Origin: Naegleria gruberi
Taxonomy: Eukaryota
NCBI GenBank assembly: GCA_000004985.1
Contig: GG738916.1
DNA length: 64,000 bases
Reading direction: 5' to 3' (one strand)
The position numbers and the translations under genes are program-made. Shown piece by piece: positions 43,412-54,148 of this stretch. The notes beneath the pieces were generated by a model, which saw nothing but the letters and a program-made list of their open reading frames with translations, did no database searches and was not told where the DNA came from. Within the stretch, counting starts at the first letter, position 1; the number at the start of each line of letters is the position of its first letter.

Positions 43412-46400
43412 CTAATATACATCGAGATCATCATCATCACTAAATTCACTACTGTCATATCCAGCAAGCCTGTTTGTTGAAAACACTGGTTCGAAACCAA
43501 TTAGAGAATCCTCCAAGACAATAACCAAATGAACAGTAAATTGATAATAGGTATTGCCATTTTCTTTGGTGATGATTTTAGGTTTGTAAATACCTTGTTC
43601 GAATATGTTAGATTTGCCTCTTATAGCGATATTTTCATAACCAAATATCAAAAAGTTAAGATCGTGAGTTTCGTATAGTGGTTTGTTAATTTTGGAAATA
43701 GCAATTGATTCCTCATCCAAAGTTTCATTAGCAATGAGGTAACTCAATTTTAAATGTGGAGATGAGCTCAAATACGTTCCAAAGTCAATGTAAAAATATC
43801 CTTCAACATTTGGTCGTATGTATAGAATGTGCTTAGATCCAAATATATCCATTTCTTGGCTGGCAAATGCATGGTCTGATAGATCAGTGGTAGTAATAAC
43901 TCTAACGTTTTTGTACTGAACTAGCCTATTCTTGTGAATTTTTCTTGCAAGCCAAGCAGATTTTGTTATCAACGCTTTCACTTCAGGTTCTTGAATAGTT
44001 TTATCCCCCAATAAAGAGGTAATTTCTTCCACTGTGTAATACTTGCTCTCAACTATTTTCATACAAAGAATGAATGGCTCTTCTGGGAAGGAGACATGGT
44101 TATTGTAAGAATAGTCAGACTGTGGTATGAATTTGTTGGTAAACACATGGAAATTGGTCATTCCACTTGGGAAAATAATACAACAGTGGGCTATGGTATG
44201 ACCAAATAATATTCCAGATTCTAATTTTGGCTTAGAAAGTATTAGTTTGAAGGTAACTGATTCATCAATTGAAAGTAGCCATTCATGCCCTTCAATGGTG
44301 AATTTTTTAGTCTTGAACTCGTTAGGTGAAATGTTAATCCTAGTATATTCACTTTCTGCAAAATGAGGAGAAAATAATCTCACCAATTCATCAATAGATA
44401 ATTCCATTTGTTCAGATGAGGAAGAAGGAATAGCTACTCTTTGAACATAATTATCTACGTAATCATTTTCAATAGCCGGCTGGTGTTGTACTATATTATT
44501 TTGGATTTCATCCAACTTATCCAGGTCGTTAGCATTAGGAAATGAAGGAGTTTTGATCAAGTATGTTTGGACAACTAGTTGGAAGAATGATTCGAGCAAT
44601 CTTACATACTCAACGGATATTCCAGAACGGCAGAAAAGATCCATCACACGTTCGATAATTGATAAACTATAGTAATCCAATAGTCTTAATTTTCCCTCCA
44701 CAAATAACTTCATCACTTCTTGGCAAACAGGATTGAGTCTAATAAGACCAACAAATGGCAGATATTTCAAAACTTGTTCATAACGGTTATGATTCAACAA
44801 TATTATTGCCACATCTGAAAATCTGCTGAAAAATCGATGAAGATTTTTAGAAAGACAGTCCAAAATTTCCTCTCTATGCCCATCCATAAACTCATCTGAA
44901 ATTTGGTGAATAATTCTATCTATAAGATATCTTTGAGTATTTCTTTGAGTACTTCTGTCGTTTTGGTTTTCAGTATAGGTGTTAATAATGTGTTTGTAAA
45001 AGAACCATGTAGTTTTACAATCAGCACCACTCAAATAGCCTCTAGATATAAATTCAACAAGTGTGAAATACAACTCTGTCAGTTTCCCGGAAGATGTTAA
45101 TAATTCAATTTGAGATTTCATCTTTGTTATGATAGTTTCTGGTGTACCATCTAAATTTCCTAAATTATTCTTGACAAATAAATGTAAACGTTCAACTGGA
45201 GGTTGCTCAAACTCAGAATAGATAGATGAAAATACAAATCTCTTTTCATATTCGAGCAATGTAATTTCACCACAATCTCTAATTTTTGGACAGTCATCAA
45301 TAAGAACAGTTGTTAAATTGACCATCTTTCTTTCTAGGGGACCAATAATAGAATTTGTTAAATGCTCTGAATATCTGATGATAAGTGAGCTTATTGGAGG
45401 ATTGTCATCCATATTCTCAATCATTTCTATTAAATCTTCATCCCTAAGATTGTGTATAACTAAATTCAAAGTCTTTAGAAATGGAAGTCTAGCTATTTGT
45501 TTTAAAATATTAGAGGATGAATGAAGATTTTCTATTTTCAAATGTTGCAAAGAATTTGGGAGCTCTATTATCACATCCTCATCATGGTTATTCAATGTCA
45601 TTTTTCTCAAGTTGGAAAATTCTCTCAAATCCAAAGCTTCTACTATATTATTTGACGTTTCCAATTCTTCTACAGTGTGCTTATTGGGACACATATCGAT
45701 TAATTTTTCATCAAATGAATATCCCTTTAGAACTTTCAATTTCACTGTGTTTGATTCTTTGAAAAATTTAAATACGTCTAAAAGGTAACTAGAAGGTAAA
45801 TCTATAACCATTTTTTCAAGTAGTGGACAGTTCTTTAGGCATAATAATGGGCTCGACACTATATCGTCATAAATATATTCATCACATAGGGATATCTCCT
45901 TGAGAGAAGGACTGCATAGAAAGACAATTAAACTCATAATTGCCTTGCTCGATAAACAATTCTTAATTTTCAAAGTGTGTAATTTTGAAAACATTACAGG
46001 GGGAAAAGTCTTTTTAGATTCATAGTTGGTATCTTCGTCGAAAGTGAAATCAATACTCTTCAAGTTGGTCAATCCACTGAGTGCACTGTGCAGCAGATCA
46101 ATATTCTTGTCTCTAGAAAAATTAATAGTCAAGTTTTCTAAATATTTTAAACTTTGCAAAGGCTTCAAGTTGAACCTGCTTGCAGTAAATTGGAGAGTAT
46201 TAACATTTGTTAAAAATTGAGTAGATTCTTGGAGAGGGAAAGTTTGAGCATCTACACCTCTCATTATAATACTATTTAAATCCAAATGCTTTAACAGTTT
46301 TGAAATACTACTCCACGATATTATTTCTGGTAACACAATTTCTTTCAAATTCTTACATTGGCTCAATGGTTCTAATATTTGGTTATTGGCCGTGAATCCA

Positions 46401-46972
46401 AACATGAAATACTCCAATGAAGGTGGAAACTGTATACCAGCAATGCCAACAAAACCTTCATCAACACCCTTCACAAAGGATAATCGTTTCAACTTTTTAA
46501 AAGGGGTAAAGTCTAGATGGATAGGTTTTGCCCAAAATTGTGGCAAAACCAACTCGGTCACTGTGTTGGCCAAATCACCACCTTCTGCCAACTCTTCAAC
46601 AAATGATGGCTTTACCTTGATCAATTTATGACAATCCAAATATTCAATATTATTTAAATAACTCAAGCCTTTGATCAAACCATCACCTTCCAAGTCGTAG
46701 AACCTTTGGTTGGCCTCCTCTAAATTTTGTAGAGTGATGGACCGAAGTTTGGGAAGTTTACTCAGGTAGGTTTGTGCAATCCGAATGAATTGCTGATCAA
46801 ACATTCGGAAATGTATTAAATATGAAGTTTTTGTGCATTTCCAATAATCCCAAATAAAGTGATCAAATTCGGAACACACCAACCTAAGATGAATCAAGGA
46901 ATTGTGAGGAATAAATGCTAGAATACTGTGAGTGAGTACTTCCGGGGGTAAAAGATGAAGTAATCCACTCAT
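43412..46972 (-). CDS. F-box-like / leucine-rich-repeat protein (1186 aa, intronless)
   Basis: N-terminal LLPPEVLTHSILAFIPHNSLIHLRLVC (F-box-like), followed by many L-x-x-L-x-L-x-x-N/C-type repeats (LKTLNLVIHNLRDEDLIEMI etc.). Confidence 0.5.
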   Translation of the reverse strand: MSGLLHLLPPEVLTHSILAFIPHNSLIHLRLVCSEFDHFIWDYWKCTKTSYLIHFRMFDQQFIRIAQTYLSKLPKLRSITLQNLEEANQRFYDLEGDGLIKGLSYLNNIEYLDCHKLIKVKPSFVEELAEGGDLANTVTELVLPQFWAKPIHLDFTPFKKLKRLSFVKGVDEGFVGIAGIQFPPSLEYFMFGFTANNQILEPLSQCKNLKEIVLPEIISWSSISKLLKHLDLNSIIMRGVDAQTFPLQESTQFLTNVNTLQFTASRFNLKPLQSLKYLENLTINFSRDKNIDLLHSALSGLTNLKSIDFTFDEDTNYESKKTFPPVMFSKLHTLKIKNCLSSKAIMSLIVFLCSPSLKEISLCDEYIYDDIVSSPLLCLKNCPLLEKMVIDLPSSYLLDVFKFFKESNTVKLKVLKGYSFDEKLIDMCPNKHTVEELETSNNIVEALDLREFSNLRKMTLNNHDEDVIIELPNSLQHLKIENLHSSSNILKQIARLPFLKTLNLVIHNLRDEDLIEMIENMDDNPPISSLIIRYSEHLTNSIIGPLERKMVNLTTVLIDDCPKIRDCGEITLLEYEKRFVFSSIYSEFEQPPVERLHLFVKNNLGNLDGTPETIITKMKSQIELLTSSGKLTELYFTLVEFISRGYLSGADCKTTWFFYKHIINTYTENQNDRSTQRNTQRYLIDRIIHQISDEFMDGHREEILDCLSKNLHRFFSRFSDVAIILLNHNRYEQVLKYLPFVGLIRLNPVCQEVMKLFVEGKLRLLDYYSLSIIERVMDLFCRSGISVEYVRLLESFFQLVVQTYLIKTPSFPNANDLDKLDEIQNNIVQHQPAIENDYVDNYVQRVAIPSSSSEQMELSIDELVRLFSPHFAESEYTRINISPNEFKTKKFTIEGHEWLLSIDESVTFKLILSKPKLESGILFGHTIAHCCIIFPSGMTNFHVFTNKFIPQSDYSYNNHVSFPEEPFILCMKIVESKYYTVEEITSLLGDKTIQEPEVKALITKSAWLARKIHKNRLVQYKNVRVITTTDLSDHAFASQEMDIFGSKHILYIRPNVEGYFYIDFGTYLSSSPHLKLSYLIANETLDEESIAISKINKPLYETHDLNFLIFGYENIAIRGKSNIFEQGIYKPKIITKENGNTYYQFTVHLVIVLEDSLIGFEPVFSTNRLAGYDSSEFSDDDDLDVY

Positions 46973-47165
46973 TTTTTTAGTGGGTTCCTATTCCGTTCAA
47001 TGGTTTGGAAACTTGAAAGAACTAATTCCGTTCTTTCCTGGTTTTCCAGTTTACAACATGTCATTCATGATGAAGCATTGCAGTGCAAATGTTGTTTTCA
47101 ATTCTATAACAATCTGAAATAAGCAAAAAAACAAAAGTGATGATGATTAGAATCTTTGTAAAATA

Positions 47166-47957
47166 TTATTGAATATCAATTCCAAACTGTTCTTTCAATT
47201 CCTCCTTACTGAGTTTCTTATAATTGGTCAAGTCATGAACAGAATTAACACAATAGAAAGAGCACTTGCTCAATAATAAATCATCTCGTAAAATAACACC
47301 CAAATCCCAATCCGTAAATCCAGGATATAAATCATTAGGGCAATTCATGATTGCTTTTTCTTCCTCCGTCCATTTTGTGTTAAACTTCAAGTGTGGAACG
47401 TGTCTATATCTACCAGATGTATTGTAATTTTTAACAAATTCATATTCTAACCATTTAACATTCTCATCATTTTCCATCAATGAAAAGTATCTATCCTTCA
47501 CTACTTGAATTCTCTCTTTCGAATAACCAGCCAAATTGAAATGGATTCCATCTTCAATACCACCAGTCAAGATCATCCTAGCAATGGCATCAGTCCACCA
47601 AGAAACGAATTTTCTGTAGAGCTCATAATTTTCATTCTCCTTGTTGTGCATTGCTTCAAACAAGATGGTACAATTTGCAAAGAGAGGAGCATTCGGACAA
47701 GGCTCTACAATGCCATATTCCTTTCCCTGAACATACAAATCATGATAACAAACAGCCTGAACACTCCTACAGAATGGAACCAAAAGATCATCAGAGGACC
47801 CAGTGAAGGCTTTGTGCTCTGATGGATGTTCTTTGGAAAAACCAACACTAAAAGGTTGTTGATCAGGTCTCACTAATCTGCCATCACTTTTGTTGTTAGG
47901 ATGATCAAGTTGTTGATCTGATGATGATGTTGTATTATCGGATGATAGTGCAGACAT
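47166..47957 (-). CDS. Hypothetical protein (263 aa)
   Basis: Clean ATG-initiated ORF; no motif recognised. Confidence 0.35.
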   Translation of the reverse strand: MSALSSDNTTSSSDQQLDHPNNKSDGRLVRPDQQPFSVGFSKEHPSEHKAFTGSSDDLLVPFCRSVQAVCYHDLYVQGKEYGIVEPCPNAPLFANCTILFEAMHNKENENYELYRKFVSWWTDAIARMILTGGIEDGIHFNLAGYSKERIQVVKDRYFSLMENDENVKWLEYEFVKNYNTSGRYRHVPHLKFNTKWTEEEKAIMNCPNDLYPGFTDWDLGVILRDDLLLSKCSFYCVNSVHDLTNYKKLSKEELKEQFGIDIQ

Positions 47958-48389
47958 TTTTTGTTTTGATTAATAATTGTAACAAAGAGCAACAGATGCG
48001 ATAGATGATGAAAGTAAACTTTGAGATTGAATCATATGAATTTCGAAGATGTGCAATTACATGTTTGTGTACAATAAAATCTTTAAGGCCATGCGCAACT
48101 ACATGTACGCAGTGGCTTGTTTTTTTAGAGTTTGTTATTTCAAACTTTTAAAAATATTATTTTTATTCAAAAGATTTTTCTGAAGCTGTAACGGTAAGCT
48201 TGAAAAAATGGCGGCAAAAATTAAGATATTCTATCATTTTCATTGTAATCTCACACCAGTCAAACTCAACCTGAAATATCGTCCAAGAGACAATTTGTCC
48301 TTTGCATTACAACTAATTCACTAACCCGACGTCAGAGGAATTATGTGAAAAGTGTACGTCAATAATTGCGACAGATTGACTTGAAAAAA

Positions 48390-49901
48390 ATGTATCCAAA
48401 CCCGACAGGAAATCCTCCTCAATATGGACAACCCATGGATACTATTCAACAAGAGCAATATCCTCTTCAGCAGCCTCCTGTTGGCATGTTTCAACCTCCT
48501 GTGCAAATGGCTCAAGGTCAACCACCAGTGGGAAAACCTCTTCCTCAACCACCAATGATGTTGAATACTATGATGGCTACTACTCAGGTAACTTCTACTA
48601 CTATGGAACAGAAAGGTTCTTTCTATGGAAGTCAACAAAGTGTCGACATTGCTGTCGTTCCTCAACCAATGATGCAAAATCAACCTGTCATGATTAAACC
48701 TCTTCCTCAACCAATGGCTATGAATCCAGTTATGGTTCCTCAACCAATGGTAATTCCCCAACAACCAATTGCCTATCCTTCTATGAATCAACCCATGATG
48801 GTCACCAGCTCTCCAATGATGGTCAACCCAAACGTTGTTTATCCTCAACAAACATTCATTCCTTCAGTCAACCCATGTGATTTAAAAAACATTGACGATT
48901 ATGATCTATTGAACAACAACCTGAAATCATGTCGTTTTGCAGATGGTGAAACAATGCTCATGTTTCTCACCAAATTAATCATTGAATGTGCCTTCTTTCC
49001 AGGAATTGGAACTTTTCTTTGCATTAATTTCAGGAAAAGAAGAGAAGTTAAGGAAATGATGTTTGGGAATCGCATGCTAAGATACAAATCGAGAGGAAAC
49101 TACAAGTTGGCACTCTTGTATTTTGTAGATGCCATTTTGATTGTCTTTACTTTTGGTTTGTGGTATATTTTGGGTAAATCTCATGAATTCTTCTGGTCGC
49201 ACATAGACGAAAGGATTTACTGGGGAAAACCAGTTCAAATGAAGAAGAGAAAGAAGGCCACCTTTCAAGATTTCCTAGTTTGGGAGCCTGTCTGTGAGGG
49301 AAACGGCATGGGAACAATGAAGATCTATAATGTCTATCTGGGAGTAGTAGACGAATTGATCTATCTCATTCTGAAATTTGTTTCCACTTCAACATTTGGT
49401 TTATTCCAACCTTTCGTAGACTCTTTCTACTATCCAAAATACTTTGCCAAAGTTGATTTGGGAGTTGGCAGATTCTGCGTCATTCATCCTCAAATGGTTC
49501 CAGCCATCAATGAACATGCCAAAAAGAAGAAACTCAAAAAGGCACCTCCTCCAGAAGTTCCCCTCGATATCTATCCAAGTCCATATCCAGTTTATGGTTA
49601 TCCACATCGTCCAGAACATGATTTATACAAGTTACGTTTGAATTTCGATACGAAAGGTGGAAAAATGTGTAAATTAATCTCATACCACATGTGTGAAAGA
49701 ACCATTACTTGCATGACATGCACATTATTTCAAGTGACAGGTTTGAATGAACTCTATCAACACCATTTCAGAAATAAGTTTATTAGAATGTATGTTGAAA
49801 AGTGTGTCATTGAACAACAACCACCACCTGTCTATTACACACAGGCAAATGTTGCAACTGTAAACTCAACAACTGTCGTTACCGTCAACTCTCAAATATA
49901 A
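48390..49901 (+). CDS. Pro/Gln/Met-rich N-terminal low-complexity protein with hydrophobic segments (probable membrane protein). The ORF-track start at 48366 is a TTG; first ATG is at 48390.
   Basis: N-terminus ..PPVGMFQPPVQMAQGQPPVGKPLPQPPMM.. repeated. Later helices LIIECAFFPGIGTFLCINF and LALLYFVDAILIVFTFGLWYILG. Confidence 0.4.
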   Translation: MYPNPTGNPPQYGQPMDTIQQEQYPLQQPPVGMFQPPVQMAQGQPPVGKPLPQPPMMLNTMMATTQVTSTTMEQKGSFYGSQQSVDIAVVPQPMMQNQPVMIKPLPQPMAMNPVMVPQPMVIPQQPIAYPSMNQPMMVTSSPMMVNPNVVYPQQTFIPSVNPCDLKNIDDYDLLNNNLKSCRFADGETMLMFLTKLIIECAFFPGIGTFLCINFRKRREVKEMMFGNRMLRYKSRGNYKLALLYFVDAILIVFTFGLWYILGKSHEFFWSHIDERIYWGKPVQMKKRKKATFQDFLVWEPVCEGNGMGTMKIYNVYLGVVDELIYLILKFVSTSTFGLFQPFVDSFYYPKYFAKVDLGVGRFCVIHPQMVPAINEHAKKKKLKKAPPPEVPLDIYPSPYPVYGYPHRPEHDLYKLRLNFDTKGGKMCKLISYHMCERTITCMTCTLFQVTGLNELYQHHFRNKFIRMYVEKCVIEQQPPPVYYTQANVATVNSTTVVTVNSQI

Positions 49902-49911
49902 AACTATTCGA

Positions 49912-51018
49912 ATGATTCATTTATTTACGTTTTCCTTATTTAGCACAGTTCAACCCATTACAGTAGATTACGATTTGGATTATGCTCCCAAAAAAATGTT
50001 TCAACGTTCAACCTTAGTGTTCATCATGGTTGTGATGATGATAATGATGGTCGGTTCATCATTAGCTCTCGACGCATGTCAACTCTTGAAAACTAAACAA
50101 CAACAATATCAAGACCTTAATAACTCTATGGAGGAATTAAACTTGATGATTAAGGCACTCGGAGGATTATCCAAGAACAAGCAATCAAATTTTAGTAACG
50201 TTGCTGTGAATGATCAAATTGATAGCATGAATAGAAATGTTCAAGACCTGTTGGAAATTAAGAAGAATTTGGAAATGCATATTGCTGCATTGCAGTTGTT
50301 ATGTGCTTTTCCTTCATCATCTTCAAAAAGTGGAGAAAGTCAACCAACTGTATCAACAACAACAACCAAGATGAGTCCTTTGAGTACTCCTGTAACTACT
50401 CCAATCATCAATACTCCACCACCACCACCACCATTATCAGATACTAGTAAAATGGAAGAAGCAATTAGTATTGGAGATGGTTTGGCATCATGTCAAGAAT
50501 ATATGAAATCAATGACAAAGGCACCAAGTGGATTGTATTGGATTAAGCCAGATGAAAGTCAATCTAAATATATTGTATATTGTGATCAAGTGACTTCTGG
50601 TGGTGGTTGGATTTTAGTTTCCTCAAGAAAGAATGCACTTTCTCCTAAAGTTGCATCCATAATTGTCAAACCAAGTTTTAATGGCGATTCATTGAGTAAG
50701 GAAAAGTGGACTGTTCTCAGAAATATTGCAAAAGAACTTATGGTAAAGAGTATCGATAATAGAACTGCCATTGCTGATATGAGTGAGCTTAAAGCACCAA
50801 ATATTTGTAAGAGTTTGGCAAGTGACTTGACGGACTCTCTTCTCTACCATCGTGAAAATAGTGGTTGTCAAATGACTGGTCTTGATTATTGTTTATTAGG
50901 TGTTCAAGTGGGTAGAACTGCAGAAATCTATGGTCAATGTTCTCCAAATCCATGGAAAACTTATGGATTCCAAGGAAAATATGAACAATTGCCAGAATCA
51001 AACATTTTTGTTAGATAA
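49912..51018 (+). CDS. Fibrinogen-related-domain (FReD) protein with N-terminal hydrophobic anchor/signal, coiled-coil and Thr/Pro-rich linker
   Basis: C-terminal CQEYMKSMTKAPSGLYWIKPDESQSKYIVYCDQVTSGGGWILVSSRKN matches the FReD core (C..G.Y.I.P......VYCDM...GGGWTV.QRR). Confidence 0.65.
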   Translation: MIHLFTFSLFSTVQPITVDYDLDYAPKKMFQRSTLVFIMVVMMIMMVGSSLALDACQLLKTKQQQYQDLNNSMEELNLMIKALGGLSKNKQSNFSNVAVNDQIDSMNRNVQDLLEIKKNLEMHIAALQLLCAFPSSSSKSGESQPTVSTTTTKMSPLSTPVTTPIINTPPPPPPLSDTSKMEEAISIGDGLASCQEYMKSMTKAPSGLYWIKPDESQSKYIVYCDQVTSGGGWILVSSRKNALSPKVASIIVKPSFNGDSLSKEKWTVLRNIAKELMVKSIDNRTAIADMSELKAPNICKSLASDLTDSLLYHRENSGCQMTGLDYCLLGVQVGRTAEIYGQCSPNPWKTYGFQGKYEQLPESNIFVR

Positions 51019-51301
51019 ACTGTTCAATTTCATAGTGAAACCTTCTTTGCATTCCGATGTATGTTGTTTCTTGATGTTTCGGAATTTTTTTCGTGTTAAA
51101 ATTGAGTGAAAATTCATTAAACACGTGTTATTACCAAAAATGTTTAAAAAGTTAAAAATAGAACTCTATAATTATTTCAAACACGTGTGGAGCTAATTGT
51201 CGAAACATTATAAAATGCAAGATAATTATCCTCAATTCTAAAAACAAGTCAAAAAGAAATTCAAAACATCAAATTATTAGAATAACAAATTACTCCGCAA
51301 A

Positions 51302-52279
51302 ATGTTAAAGTCAAATATCAAAGTATTGCTCATTGCTTGTTTGTTGGCAGCTCTAATGTTAGCAATGAATGTAAAGGCCATTGAAGAGGAAATTATTGTA
51401 GAGAAGGAAGGTGATACAGCATCTACTGATTCCACCACTCCACAAGTTGGGACTAAACCAAAAGAAACTAAACCAGCTCCAACCAAACAACAAAACGAAA
51501 CTCCACAAGCCCCACCACAACTCAAGAGAACACACGGTCGTAGAAACTTACATCAAGATCACTCTGAACAAAGAGCCTTAAGAGACTTGATGAGAGAAAT
51601 GAGAAACTACCAATTCGGTTCAGATTTATTCGATTTCCATCATCCAAGATCCAATTTCTTCCTCAATTCCTTCCTCCCAAGAACATCCCTCTTTGGAAAT
51701 AGCTTACTTGGTGATGATTTCAGTGACATGTTCCTCAATTTTGATAGTTCTTTTGAAATGATGAGAAGAAGAATGAATAACATGTGGAAGAGATCCTTCT
51801 TACCATCATTATTCGATGAAAATCATCAATTTTTGGAAAATTACTTGAATTCCCAAAGAATGAATCAATTGGATCAAGAAAAATCTCAAAAAGTTGAAAC
51901 TCCAATTAAGGAAGAACCAAAGCCAATTGTTGAAAAGAAGAAGAGAGAACCAATTTCATCTCTCATCAAAACTGAAACCTTGGAAGATGGTAAATTACAA
52001 TACGCCTTGGATATCAATAATATTCCAAGAGATGTCTTTGAAAAGAAGGATATTGAAATTAAGGTGAGTGAAAACTCAAATGGTGAGCTAGTCACTGTCA
52101 GAGCTGAAAAGAAAACTGAGAATGGACATTTTGAATTTTCCAAGTCTTTTAGATTTCCAAAGGGCTCTGTTGATTTTGAAAAGGTGAAAGCCTCTCTTTC
52201 AGATGCAGGAACTTTGAGTGTGAAAATTCCAAGAATTGACCCAGTTCCAGAAAGAATCAAATCAATTAATGTTGAATAA
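51302..52279 (+). CDS. Secreted small-heat-shock-protein-like protein (alpha-crystallin/Hsp20 domain at the C-terminus)
   Basis: Signal peptide MLKSNIKVLLIACLLAALMLAMNVKA. C-terminal GELVTVRAEKKTENGHFEFSKSFRFPKGSVDFEKVKASLSDAGTLSVKIPR follows the ACD pattern (G.L.I...K.....F.R.F.LP..VD...V.A...DGVL.V..PK). Confidence 0.5.
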   Translation: MLKSNIKVLLIACLLAALMLAMNVKAIEEEIIVEKEGDTASTDSTTPQVGTKPKETKPAPTKQQNETPQAPPQLKRTHGRRNLHQDHSEQRALRDLMREMRNYQFGSDLFDFHHPRSNFFLNSFLPRTSLFGNSLLGDDFSDMFLNFDSSFEMMRRRMNNMWKRSFLPSLFDENHQFLENYLNSQRMNQLDQEKSQKVETPIKEEPKPIVEKKKREPISSLIKTETLEDGKLQYALDINNIPRDVFEKKDIEIKVSENSNGELVTVRAEKKTENGHFEFSKSFRFPKGSVDFEKVKASLSDAGTLSVKIPRIDPVPERIKSINVE

Positions 52280-52324
52280 ATAATAATTTGATATACTCCT
52301 CGTCGACATGTTGAAAGAATGTTT

Positions 52325-53344
52325 CTACTCTTCAAAATCTACCAATTCTGCTTCAACACTTAATTTCTCTTTGTAGTGTAAATGGGCATACTCGAATACC
52401 AATCTTTCTTCTTCTTCACCTATATCGTCCTTGTTGAAATCTATCAAGTTTGGTGCATCATGTTTGACAACTTCGAAAACAATTTGCTTATCTTTTCTCA
52501 GTTGATTGGGTAAATAATAAAAAACCCTTCTACATTGTTTAACAGCTGCTAGGGCAACCTCTCTATCATTTAATAGTTCTTCAGAAGCAAAAATAATATT
52601 CATTCCATTTGATTTAACATATTCCAAAACTATTTCCTTATCATTTTTAACTAGAAATAAGAATTCTAAATTTGAGTTTTGACGAAGAGCTTCTAATATG
52701 AATTCTCTGTCGTTTTTTAGTTGATCAGAACAATATTGAAGTGCGTTTCCATTAATCTTGACAGCTTTCAGAGCTAGTTCTCTATCATTTCTCAATTCTT
52801 TAGAAGCATATGCGAATACGTTACTTCCATATTTCTCAACAAGTGGCAAAACAAATGATTTCCTTCTCCACAAGTCCAAAAACGTTGGAATTTTGTAAAA
52901 TCTTGAACAAGAGCAAGGATGAAAAATTGAACAGGTAGTGCAGAAATTATTTGGCGTAAATAAATCCATAAATCGTCTTGTAAAGTATTCGCCATCCCTC
53001 TCCCAATTCGAAACTAAACGAGAACTTTCATAATAATTAATCGAACAGTTCACCACCCCGACTACAGGAAAATACAATGTCGGTTGAATTAGTAATTCCC
53101 ACTTGTGTTTTGATGGTAAATCTCTAATTTGACAAATTAATAGATCGGAAGCAAAATTCAAATCCAAATACAACACCACCCCATCTGGTAAACAACAATT
53201 AATTTCATCATTATTCGCACCATCATCATTAGAAGAAGACATAATTTCATGATTGTACAGATGGTGATGATTTAAATTCCTCCGTTTTGAATCTGAATAA
53301 TAACCGGCAGAAGAATAAGAATTTTCAAAACAACTTCTTTTCAT
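52325..53344 (-). CDS. DUF4116-repeat protein
   Basis: Tandem ~30-aa repeats: RELALKAVKINGNALQYCSDQLKNDREFILEALRQN / KEIVLEYVKSNGMNIIFASEELLNDREVALAAVKQ. Confidence 0.6.
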   Translation of the reverse strand: MKRSCFENSYSSAGYYSDSKRRNLNHHHLYNHEIMSSSNDDGANNDEINCCLPDGVVLYLDLNFASDLLICQIRDLPSKHKWELLIQPTLYFPVVGVVNCSINYYESSRLVSNWERDGEYFTRRFMDLFTPNNFCTTCSIFHPCSCSRFYKIPTFLDLWRRKSFVLPLVEKYGSNVFAYASKELRNDRELALKAVKINGNALQYCSDQLKNDREFILEALRQNSNLEFLFLVKNDKEIVLEYVKSNGMNIIFASEELLNDREVALAAVKQCRRVFYYLPNQLRKDKQIVFEVVKHDAPNLIDFNKDDIGEEEERLVFEYAHLHYKEKLSVEAELVDFEE

Positions 53345-53383
53345 TTTTTTGTTATTTGTTACAATAATAAAATTGTGGCCATT
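53171..53383 (+). repeat. Copy A of a ~200-bp direct repeat (spans the start codon and first ~60 codons of the DUF4116 gene plus its 5' flank). Copy B is at 56351-56538.
   Basis: By eye, about 80-85% identity with indels (caacaccacccca..gtaaacaacaattaatttc..catcatcattagaagaag..ataatttcatgattgtac.gatggtgatgatttaaattcctccgtttt..cttcttttcattttttt). Confidence 0.75.
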
Positions 53384-54148
53384 GGACAGAGTATTCTCTC
53401 CAGATGAAATTTGGATGCAAGACTTTACCTGGTTTACTAATCGTGGAACATTTTCTCAATTACCAAATTTCTAGTCCTTTGGTCAACAATATCGAACACA
53501 ACCTCCAAACCAAAAGCAGTTTTGCATACTTACGAAATATTAATTAAGAATACTATTATTAATCATAGCGTGTATGATTTACGTTCCATAATCATGGCAT
53601 GTCTTGAAATCTACTCCGTGTAAAATTTGTAATTCATTCAGCATTTGACTTAGATGTTGTTCAACAGTTTCAGCATCTTTGTGCTTTATTGGATTGACCC
53701 AAAGATACTTTGTGAATGCTTCAATCACCAAAAGGTATCCAACATAACCTTTGATTTTGAAACAAGAGCTATATCCATGGAGAAGCATGGCCTTGTACCA
53801 CATGTCATTTCATATTTAAACTTAATTACAATCTCAAATCAATATATCAATGAAAATTAACGTTGGAATTTAACCGAACTAGATCATGCATGATGGTTGG
53901 CAACAATCAAAAATGTTATGTCCTTAGTTATGTCTTATAAACGTAACCGCAACTGCTTTGGAAATGACAATCATTTAAAGGAGGGCTAAATGGAAGGTAT
54001 GTCAAAATAAGTCAAGTAATCAATCTCTCACTAATTAACCGTGATAAATGATTCTAAAATACTATGAGACACGGCTAAATGGATGAAAAGAAGTCTCGTG
54101 GCAGGTCTTTCAATAAGCACGTATTGTGAAAGATGTGCTACAAAAAAA

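Noticed and set aside
48321-48851. His/Trp/Leu-rich 176-aa ORF antisense to the PQM-rich gene
   Set aside because: It is a mirror-image artefact of CCN/CAR/ATG-rich codons on the sense strand. It has no independent start context.
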